In this document: positions 56,927 through 64,000 of the stretch, piece by piece
Numbering within the stretch: position 1 is the stretch's first letter
Layout of the letters: the number at the start of each line of letters is the position of its first letter
Source of the DNA: an uncultured Bacteroidaceae bacterium
Lineage (GTDB): Bacteria > Bacteroidota > Bacteroidia > Bacteroidales > Bacteroidaceae
Direction: 5' to 3'
Assembly (NCBI GenBank): GCA_905235565.1
Contig: CAJOLR010000007.1
Span: forward strand, 22,264 to 86,263
Length of the DNA: 64,000 nucleotides
The notes under the pieces: model-generated
What the model saw: the letters and a program-made list of their open reading frames with translations, nothing else
Database searches by the model: none
What the model was told of the DNA's origin: nothing
Translations under genes and position numbers: made by a program

Positions 56927-57249
56927 AAGAGTTTGATCTGGAAGGACTAAGCAGGGAGATGCCCTACAAGATGCCTGAGCATTTCCTGGATGACATGACA
57001 GAGCGTGTCGTGGCCCAGATTGGCAAGCAGCGTAAGCAGCGTAAGGAGGGCAGGATTATTGCCCTGTTTGCAAGTGCTGCCAGTGTGGCTGCAGTTGCTC
57101 TGCTGTTCTTGCATCCGTTTGGAGGCAGACTGGATATCCCAGACTATGACAGCATTTCACAATGCGCAAGCGTTGATGAATTGTTCCAAAACATGTCAGC
57201 CGATGAGCTGGGTGTTTATTCAATGATGAGTAACTACTACGGCAACTGA
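56923..57249 (+). CDS. single-pass membrane protein, possible non-canonical anti-sigma factor
   Basis: Has a 4-nt overlap with the sigma gene, one central TM (IIALFASAASVAAVALLFL), and no zf-HC2 or FecR motif. Confidence 0.5.
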   Translation: MKEFDLEGLSREMPYKMPEHFLDDMTERVVAQIGKQRKQRKEGRIIALFASAASVAAVALLFLHPFGGRLDIPDYDSISQCASVDELFQNMSADELGVYSMMSNYYGN

Positions 57250-57251
57250 TT

Positions 57252-58022
57252 ATGAGAAAGTTGTGGACTGCATTGTTCATTCTTGCAGGCTTATTCCTTT
57301 CGCAGCCGTCACAGGCGCAGGACAGGGATGAGCAGATGATCAATGCGTCCCTTCGTTTCATAAAGGAAAATGCCAATCTCACCAAGAAGGAGTATGACAA
57401 GTTTGCCAAGCTGTACATTGAGTACAATGAACAGTTGGCAAAGCTGAATCGTGAGCTTAAGCCGGATTCCCGTGACTACATGAAACGCTGGCAGGCTATT
57501 AACGATGATTATATGAAAAAGCTGCACAAGGCCCTGCCTGATTCAACCCGTCAGAAGGTCGGTGTGGCCCAATGGGAACTTGGCCAGAAAGTCTGGGGAC
57601 AGTGGTCCGACCAGAATCGCCGTAATAGCGAACGTCAGTTCAGAATGATGGGACAATGGAATCAGATGAATCCCCAGTTCATGATGCAGCCTCATTTCTA
57701 CGATTTCCAGCGTTTTCGCCAGAATGAAATGCAGCAGGCTGACGAACAGCAGCAGCAGTGGTGGGAGAACTACTGGCGCAATTGGGGAGAGCCTGATACC
57801 GCTATGATCCGCAGGATGATTGAGGATAACCGTATTCGTTTCCGTGAACGTGACAGTATCTGGCAGCAGCGTCGCGACCAGTTCGCTCCACAGCAGCAGT
57901 TCGGCCCTCAACAGTTTGGTACCCATCAATACGGACCCCAATATGCTCCTCAATTCGGTGCTCCACTGTATGGTCCTCCGTTCGGGCCTCAGTCTGGTGG
58001 TCCCGGTCTGGATTTCCGCTGA
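57252..58022 (+). CDS. secreted Gln-rich periplasmic protein (Spy/CpxP-like helical N-half, low-complexity Q/P/G/F C-terminus)
   Basis: Signal peptide (LFLSQPSQAQ), LTKKEY resembling the LTxxQ motif, and a C-terminal QQFGPQQFGTHQYGPQYAPQFGAPLYGPPFGPQ. Confidence 0.55.
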   Translation: MRKLWTALFILAGLFLSQPSQAQDRDEQMINASLRFIKENANLTKKEYDKFAKLYIEYNEQLAKLNRELKPDSRDYMKRWQAINDDYMKKLHKALPDSTRQKVGVAQWELGQKVWGQWSDQNRRNSERQFRMMGQWNQMNPQFMMQPHFYDFQRFRQNEMQQADEQQQQWWENYWRNWGEPDTAMIRRMIEDNRIRFRERDSIWQQRRDQFAPQQQFGPQQFGTHQYGPQYAPQFGAPLYGPPFGPQSGGPGLDFR

Positions 58023-58043
58023 TTTTTAATATTTCTATATAAC

Positions 58044-58082
58044 AATAAATCGGGGCAGCTTAATGAGTTGCCCCGATTTATT
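58044..58082. terminator. bidirectional hairpin terminator between convergent genes
   Basis: Stem of at least 14 bp centred on AAATCGGGGCAGC / GTTGCCCCGATTT, flanked by A-rich and T-rich runs. Confidence 0.75.
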
Positions 58083-58112
58083 TATAATGTCTTTATGGCA
58101 GACAAGCACTGT

Positions 58113-60374
58113 TTAGTGCTTGTCTTCATTGCCATCATATACATCCTTAGGAACGATCTCGACAAAGCTGAACGGCAAAACACCGGTACCGCTGGTGTAC
58201 ATCTGACGCATACGCAGATAGTAGTTGTTGTCAGCTCTCATGTATCTGCGTGTTACGATCTTACGATAGCAGTTGTTATCGTTGCGGAGTCCACCCCAAA
58301 CATCCGGAGCCTTCATGTATCCGCGGTTACGCATAGCACGATCATTTGCATCGATAGCGTCCTGCTGTTGTTTCTCAGCAAGATTGGTAATGGCGGAGCT
58401 GTTATCCAGAACCATACCGATACGTCCGTCGTTACCATTAATACGAAGGTCTACAGGAATTCCCTCGGGCTCCCAGTCCCAGTTACGCCAGTAGATTGAA
58501 TCATCTTCTTTTGCGCCCTCGTGGAAGTAGAACTGTACAACACCACGGTCAGCTGCACCCTCTCCAAGTCCGCTGATAGCGTTGTTCCATAAACGTACCT
58601 CGTATGTTCCATCTGACGGTACTGGCGGCAACTTGAATGAGATATCATAATTGTACATTACACTAAGCTCATCGCCGTTGAGAGTTCCGAAGTTTGAATC
58701 ACGATAGCGAACATACAATCCAGTCTGTCCATCTACCCAGTCAAAGTTTTCACAATAGTCCGGATAGTAGCAATATACTATATCGTAAGAATCTCTCAAT
58801 CGGCCACGGCCACCGCTGTTTACAAAGTCTGGTGAAAGAGTGCAGGACATGATTCTCATTCTGCAGGACAGAGCGTTCTCCCTGATATTGTCATCATAGA
58901 GCAACAGTCCGTCTACATAATGATAGATACCGTTCATTGCTATGTTGGAGCCTTCGGCTTTAGACTTGTCTACCTTGTACTCACCGCTCTCTGCAATTCT
59001 TGTACCAGGGAACTCCAATGAAATTTCCTGTACGCCTTCAACGCCCTTACGGTTGATGAATATACCGCCTCTGCGTGTCGGGGTACCATCCATACCCTGC
59101 CACGGTGTGCTGATACGCATGATTGAGTGAGGCATGAGAGTTGAGAAGAAGTCTTCCACGTCAGCCGGAAGAGTTTTGTTCTTTTGACCTACCTTTGTAT
59201 ACAAAGCGTTGTACTTCTTTACGATAGCTTGTTGACTTGTGTTGAACTGCTCATAGGTAAGGAAATAAGGCAGTATGTGATATGATATGAGCTTGTTGAT
59301 TGAACTTGCTCTGTCTTCGGCAGGTAAACCCTTACCCTCAGGATATACAGCCTCTGCATACTTGACCAGATCGGAGTAACCCTTAATACCATCTGTCAAC
59401 CCTGCTGCTGCGCAGTAATCATCATTGTATTCCTCAAGGACAGAGTCTTTTACACAGAATATGGTAAACATGAACTTACGCTCCTCGGGCATTACCTCAC
59501 GCTCATGCTTCTCTACCGAAGTGGCATGCCAATGATGGTCGGGTGCATCTTCTATTGCAGCCTGCTTGGTCCAGTCATAGGTTACTCCGGGATATGTAAG
59601 GTCAATCACATACTTGTCAAGAGTATCGATGAGGTGTGTATTGACAATAGCGTCATAGAAGGTTGTCAGCTGAGGATCATCCTGGATCAGACCGTAAATG
59701 AGTTTTGTGGATGTTCTGAGCACCCTGTCAATCTTGTGCACGACACCGTTCTGTACAGTATCGTCAGCCTTCTTGATCTGTGCCTGCATATTGATGAGAT
59801 ATCTCAGACGTGTTACCAGTGAATCGCTTCCGTCTGCAGCCTTAAGAGGATTGCCGTCAATATCGTAAGCCTGTACCAGAATACTGTCTGAGTAGTAGTT
59901 TATGAAACGGTCCATCATGTTAGGATATTCCAGAACGCCGTCACCGCTAAGATCTGATGAGAACATGGTCTTGTCAAAAAGGTGGGTTCTGGCGATGGTG
60001 TCGCACAATGCCTTGTCTGACAAGACTGTCTGGATGTCTGTAAATCTTGCTTTTTCCTTTGAATCCTTGGCGGCATCATATCTCTCTTTGACATAGACGG
60101 CAATTGCTGAATCATCCGGAGCAAAGCAGGTGTATGTTCCGTACGTTCTCATCTGGCCCCAAAGATTGGCTTGGATAAGGATCTCTTTGAAATAATTGTA
60201 GCTTCCGTGGTTCTCAATCTTTCCTTCCAGATAGTCGGCTACAGTCTCACCGTTGTTGGTGTAGTAGGTACCGGGATGCTGCTCTTTCCAAAGGTCAGCG
60301 CATGATGTGGTCATCAAAGCCGCAACTGCAGCTACAAGCACTGACTTGCTGAATAATCTTTTGTTGATTTTCAT
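58113..60374 (-). CDS. surface lipoprotein with FAS1 (fasciclin)-like domains plus a C-terminal beta-rich domain
   Basis: Lipobox LMTTSC. Motif pairs YTCFAPDDSAI..VQNGVVHKIDRVL and FTIFCVKDSVL..AMNGIYHYVDGLL. Confidence 0.65.
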   Translation of the reverse strand: MKINKRLFSKSVLVAAVAALMTTSCADLWKEQHPGTYYTNNGETVADYLEGKIENHGSYNYFKEILIQANLWGQMRTYGTYTCFAPDDSAIAVYVKERYDAAKDSKEKARFTDIQTVLSDKALCDTIARTHLFDKTMFSSDLSGDGVLEYPNMMDRFINYYSDSILVQAYDIDGNPLKAADGSDSLVTRLRYLINMQAQIKKADDTVQNGVVHKIDRVLRTSTKLIYGLIQDDPQLTTFYDAIVNTHLIDTLDKYVIDLTYPGVTYDWTKQAAIEDAPDHHWHATSVEKHEREVMPEERKFMFTIFCVKDSVLEEYNDDYCAAAGLTDGIKGYSDLVKYAEAVYPEGKGLPAEDRASSINKLISYHILPYFLTYEQFNTSQQAIVKKYNALYTKVGQKNKTLPADVEDFFSTLMPHSIMRISTPWQGMDGTPTRRGGIFINRKGVEGVQEISLEFPGTRIAESGEYKVDKSKAEGSNIAMNGIYHYVDGLLLYDDNIRENALSCRMRIMSCTLSPDFVNSGGRGRLRDSYDIVYCYYPDYCENFDWVDGQTGLYVRYRDSNFGTLNGDELSVMYNYDISFKLPPVPSDGTYEVRLWNNAISGLGEGAADRGVVQFYFHEGAKEDDSIYWRNWDWEPEGIPVDLRINGNDGRIGMVLDNSSAITNLAEKQQQDAIDANDRAMRNRGYMKAPDVWGGLRNDNNCYRKIVTRRYMRADNNYYLRMRQMYTSGTGVLPFSFVEIVPKDVYDGNEDKH

Positions 60375-60514
60375 ATTGTTTGGTTATTAATTATTTAGTT
60401 ATCAGGTTGTTGGCTAATACTATCGCTCCTGTGCGCCAAGGGTTGGTTACACAATAAGTGTAGTTATAGCGCGTAAAGATAATAAGAATTTCATAAATGA
60501 TAATGAATTTACAC

Positions 60515-60567
60515 CTTTTTTTAAATAAAAATGCGTCCGGACCAATGTGTGGTAGTCCGGACGCATT
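60515..60567 (-). terminator. rho-independent terminator after GH8
   Basis: 14-bp perfect stem AAATGCGTCCGGAC / GTCCGGACGCATTT. The minus strand has a T-rich tail (TTTTTATTTAAAAAAA). Confidence 0.8.
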
Positions 60568-60589
60568 TATTGTTAATGGATTTTTACCC

Positions 60590-61873
60590 TTACCAGTTCA
60601 TGCGATAGTTGCCGCTCAGGTGGAGCAGGGCGAACAGGTAGATAAGTCCGTCATAGTAAACATCATAGTATCCGTCCTCATAAGGCTCGTGCTTAAGGGA
60701 GAACATATGACGCACCAGCTCCTGGTTGTACTCGCTGTCGCACATAAGGGCCGTGGTGGCCATGGTGCCGACAAAGCCTATGGAGTGACGCAGGTTGGGA
60801 CGCCAGCGGCCACCGCCCATGGGGCGCTTGGACTCGTCACCGTTCAGCGCGAACTGGTCCTTGAACTCGGTTACGCCGTAACGGCCTACGATAGCCTTCT
60901 GGAACTTCTGTGCATACTCTGTCTGCCACTGGGCATCCTTATGATACCAGGTGAAGTCCATTGCAATGTTCATCGGAACGCGCCATGAGTCATAGTGGAA
61001 CTCGCTACCGCGGTTGGGAGTACCGTCAAACTGGCTCTGGTCGGGGTTGATTCCGGTTACGGGATCACATGCGCGGTGCAGGTATGCGCGGGCGCTGTCA
61101 GCCAGTTCACGATATATTGCCTCGCGACCGTCCTTGGCGGTCTCGGCCCAGATCTCATAGAATGCGGGCAGATGGTATGACGGGTCGGTCCAGAGGTTGG
61201 AACGGGTGTCGGGGCAGAAGTTGATGAGCTTGTGGTCCATGTTGATGATGTTGGTTACACCACCTGTGCCGTCCTTTGAGAAGAGGTCGTTCAGGAGTTC
61301 CTGAGCCTCGGCCAGGTAGTTGAACTCCTCATAGCTTCCCCAGCGGCGTGATGCCAGCAGCAGGTCAGTCACGTAGTAGAGCTCACCGTCACTGGCTGAG
61401 CCCTGCGATGTGCGGCGGCCGTCGGTACGGCATGACCAGGCGAACAGTCCGTGTGAGGGGCCCTCCTCATTGTGGCGCATGAAGTGCTTGGACCAGCGCC
61501 ATACCTTGTTGAACAGCTCGGGCTTGTTCATCTGAACGGCTACCATCATGGCGTAAGACTGGCCTTCTGTGCGAACGTCGTTGTTCTTTACGTCCGATAT
61601 GTAACCCATCTTGACGGTCTTGCCGTCCACCTCGACGTCTACATCGTGGTATGCGGCACCCTCTTTCTCGAATATGATGGAGTAGATGTCCTGAATTTTA
61701 TCGTCTATCTCCTTCTGCGAGAATCCCAGATCCTTGAGATAGTTGCGGTACTTCTTGGTCTCAATGTAACCTTTCTTGGCCGGCTCGAGCTTCTTGGCCG
61801 ATGAGCAGCTTGCAATGGCCATCAGGGTGCAGATAGCAGCCACGAAAATGGCGGTTGTCTTGATTTTTCTCAT
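60590..61873 (-). CDS. glycoside hydrolase family 8, reducing-end xylose-releasing exo-oligoxylanase (Rex)-like lipoprotein
   Basis: Lipobox AIASC. Catalytic-region motifs RTEGQSYAMMVAV and SASDGELYYVTDLLLASRRWGSYEEFNY resemble GH8 Rex enzymes. Confidence 0.8.
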   Translation of the reverse strand: MRKIKTTAIFVAAICTLMAIASCSSAKKLEPAKKGYIETKKYRNYLKDLGFSQKEIDDKIQDIYSIIFEKEGAAYHDVDVEVDGKTVKMGYISDVKNNDVRTEGQSYAMMVAVQMNKPELFNKVWRWSKHFMRHNEEGPSHGLFAWSCRTDGRRTSQGSASDGELYYVTDLLLASRRWGSYEEFNYLAEAQELLNDLFSKDGTGGVTNIINMDHKLINFCPDTRSNLWTDPSYHLPAFYEIWAETAKDGREAIYRELADSARAYLHRACDPVTGINPDQSQFDGTPNRGSEFHYDSWRVPMNIAMDFTWYHKDAQWQTEYAQKFQKAIVGRYGVTEFKDQFALNGDESKRPMGGGRWRPNLRHSIGFVGTMATTALMCDSEYNQELVRHMFSLKHEPYEDGYYDVYYDGLIYLFALLHLSGNYRMNW

Positions 61874-61892
61874 TTTAAGTAATTGGCTTTAA

Positions 61893-63368
61893 TTATTGTA
61901 CGTATGATTTCCAGCGTTGGTATGCCTCATCGTAGGCAGGCATATCGGAGGCTTTGGGTTCTATGACACGGATTTTCTGGAGTGAAGCAAAGGCTTCAGT
62001 GTGATCATTGTAGATATGGGCTCCCATACCTGCACCCTTGGCGGCACCGATAGAGCCGTCGGTATCGTAGAGTTCGATAGTGGCACCGGTTACTCCGGCC
62101 AGGGTGTCACGGAACAGCGGGCTGAGGAACATGTTGGCATTGCCGGCATGGATCTTGTTGACCGGCATTCCCATATCCTCCATAATCTCTATGCCGTACT
62201 TGAATGAAAATACGATTCCTTCCTGTGCTGCACGCAGCAGATGCGAGCGGTTGTGGATGTTGAAATTGACTCCGTTGAAACTGCAGCCGCGCTCCTTGTT
62301 TTCAAGCACACGCTCGGCTCCGTTTCCGAAAGGCAGGACTGATACACCGCCTGAGCCGATGGGTGCCTGGGCGGCCAGGTCATTCATCTCGGCATAACCG
62401 ATACCCTCCGGCACAATGTTGCGCTTCATCCATGCGTTCAGGATACCCGTACCGTTGATGCAGAGCAGTATTCCAAGACGGTTGAATCCGGTCTTGTGGT
62501 TGACATGAGCAAAGGTGTTCACCCTTGACTTGGGATCATAGCTGATCTCTCCGTTGACACCGTAAACAACACCCGAAGTACCTGCGGTGGATGCTATTTC
62601 ACCCGGCTCGAACACATTCAGCGAGAGAGCGTTGTTGGGCTGGTCGCCGGCCCGGTAAGTGACTGGTGTACCTTCGGCCAGTCCAAGCTCTTTGGCGGCC
62701 GCGGCAGTCAGCTTGCCCTGTTCGGCAAACGTTGGTACTATGTTGGGTATGAATGAACGGGGTATTCCGTAGTAGTCAAGCAGAAAATCGGCCACCTTGC
62801 CGGTCTGGAAGTCCCAGAACATACCTTCTGAAAGTCCGGATATGGTTGTGGCTATCTCACCGGTAAGGCGCATGGCGATATAGTCACCGGGGAGCATTAT
62901 CTTTTCAATCTTGTCAAAAATCTTAGGCTCGTTCTGCTTTACCCAGGCCAGCTTGGATGCCGTAAAGTTACCGGGGGTGTTGAGCAGATGGGTAAGGCAC
63001 TGTGAGCGACCCAGTTCCTGGAAAGCCTCCTCTCCGATACCTACGGCACGGGAGTCACACCAGATGATGGCGGGACGAAGCACTTTCTGGTTCTTGTCTA
63101 CACAGACCAGACCGTGCATCTGGTAGGAGATGCCAATGGCCTTGATATCCTTGACGTCGATACGGCATTGTGACATTACATCGGCCGTGGCGGCTTTCAG
63201 GTATGTCCACCAGTCTTCCGGATTCTGTTCGGCCCATCCCGGGTTTACTGCTTTGATGGGTGCTTCACTCTCAGGGGCGAACGCTGTTGCCACGCAACTC
63301 CCGTTCTGGGCATCTACAAGGCTGCACTTCACTGAAGAGCTGCCTATGTCATAACCTAACAGATACAT
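61893..63368 (-). CDS. xylB: xylulokinase (FGGY carbohydrate kinase)
   Basis: MYLLGYDIGSSSVKCSLVD...NPGWAEQNPEDWW, 491 aa, FGGY N- and C-domains. Confidence 0.88.
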   Translation of the reverse strand: MYLLGYDIGSSSVKCSLVDAQNGSCVATAFAPESEAPIKAVNPGWAEQNPEDWWTYLKAATADVMSQCRIDVKDIKAIGISYQMHGLVCVDKNQKVLRPAIIWCDSRAVGIGEEAFQELGRSQCLTHLLNTPGNFTASKLAWVKQNEPKIFDKIEKIMLPGDYIAMRLTGEIATTISGLSEGMFWDFQTGKVADFLLDYYGIPRSFIPNIVPTFAEQGKLTAAAAKELGLAEGTPVTYRAGDQPNNALSLNVFEPGEIASTAGTSGVVYGVNGEISYDPKSRVNTFAHVNHKTGFNRLGILLCINGTGILNAWMKRNIVPEGIGYAEMNDLAAQAPIGSGGVSVLPFGNGAERVLENKERGCSFNGVNFNIHNRSHLLRAAQEGIVFSFKYGIEIMEDMGMPVNKIHAGNANMFLSPLFRDTLAGVTGATIELYDTDGSIGAAKGAGMGAHIYNDHTEAFASLQKIRVIEPKASDMPAYDEAYQRWKSYVQ

Positions 63369-63441
63369 AAAGATTCCTTATATTGATTGTAATTATCATT
63401 GCTTTGTATTAGGGCAATACAAAGGTAATGAAAATATATAA

Positions 63442-63482
63442 GAAAAAACCACCGACCCGCTGCAAAAAGTGGGCCGGTGGTT
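63442..63482 (-). terminator. rho-independent terminator after the porin gene
   Basis: 12-bp stem AACCACCGACCC / GGGCCGGTGGTT (one mismatch), followed by a T run on the minus strand. Confidence 0.7.
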
Positions 63483-63501
63483 ATTATTGTAAGGATTTTT
63501 A

Positions 63502-64000
63502 TCAAAAACTGTACATGACTGAGAGAAGCAGGCGATTGTTGCTTACTTCATGGGTGTTTTTTACAGTACCGTCAGCTTGACGATCGCCGTAAGCCACGGT
63601 TGTCAGTTCATACTCAACACCCAGGTTCATGTTTCCTACGACATACTGGATGTTGGGAGCTACCCTCCACATCTTGTCTATCCTTCCACCTTCAACTGCA
63701 TATACGGCAGACAGGTCCTTGCCGGCACCCCAGTTACTCATGTAACCTCCCATCAGACCATATTTGAGTTCTCCCCCGTACTGGACCTGCACCCAGGATG
63801 AAGAGGCAGCAAGCGGAGCATACTCCACTTCGCCCGGATTAGGATTGGCAACCATGCCAAATCCTGAGCAGATACCCAGATGTGACATATCATGACCTAT
63901 CAGCGTCTTGGCCTTGACAGAGAGTTTATCCTTATTATACTGTGCCTGAATCATACCGTTCAGACCGTTTACATAATATTTCTTATTGTTGTCTGCCAGA
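63502..64000 (-). CDS. outer-membrane beta-barrel/porin-like protein (C-terminal part; gene starts beyond the window)
   Basis: The frame stays open to the window edge upstream of the listed Met. It shows an alternating beta-strand pattern and a C-terminal aromatic ending ...LLLSVMYSF. Confidence 0.6.
   Translation of the reverse strand, partial: LADNNKKYYVNGLNGMIQAQYNKDKLSVKAKTLIGHDMSHLGICSGFGMVANPNPGEVEYAPLAASSSWVQVQYGGELKYGLMGGYMSNWGAGKDLSAVYAVEGGRIDKMWRVAPNIQYVVGNMNLGVEYELTTVAYGDRQADGTVKNTHEVSNNRLLLSVMYSF

Noticed and set aside
1-64000. CRISPR arrays, rRNA genes, IS elements, toxin-antitoxin pairs and known defence-system genes
   Set aside because: I saw no regularly spaced direct repeats, and no ORFs resembling transposases, recombinases, Cas proteins, restriction enzymes or helicase/nuclease defence proteins. 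The only AAA+ protein is the housekeeping ComM/YifB type.

Overview
This window looks like a chromosomal segment of a Bacteroidales (Bacteroidota) bacterium. It has SusC/SusD pairs, many lipoprotein signal peptides, TAnnTTTG -7 promoter boxes about 25-55 nt upstream of many starts, and one protein with a T9SS-type C-terminal sorting tail. The first half (1-32.1 kb) is mostly housekeeping: uppP, ftsX, miaB, a CoA-transferase, metG, ispD, rnr, comM/yifB, typA, rpsO, ahcY, hemD-rnpA-yidD-tatD-tyrS and tRNA-Gln. It is interrupted at 10.7-18.6 kb by an envelope-glycan block: a YfhO-family membrane protein, a GT4 glycosyltransferase, a complete four-gene GDP-D-glycero-alpha-D-manno-heptose pathway and an M64 peptidase. 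The second half (32.4-63.4 kb) is a polysaccharide utilization locus (PUL) of about 31 kb that starts just after tRNA-Gln. It holds three GH43 genes, a Rex-like GH8, xylulokinase, two divergent SusC/SusD pairs, three multi-FAS1 (fasciclin) lipoproteins, a 1368-aa orphan T9SS cargo protein and an ECF-sigma trio. No HTCS, SusR or FecR-type sensor is visible. The best candidates for something undescribed are the FAS1-lipoprotein/SusCD modules together with the giant modular T9SS cargo, and the heptose-GT4-YfhO block. Smaller oddities are a 129-bp highly structured palindromic element after metG, an orphan promoter-terminator unit (sRNA candidate) beside tRNA-Gln, a frameshifted DUF4271-like gene and a TlpA-like lipoprotein that has lost its CxxC. 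No CRISPR array, transposase, integrase or recognisable defence genes were seen. All family calls come from motif reading of the supplied translations, with no database searches.
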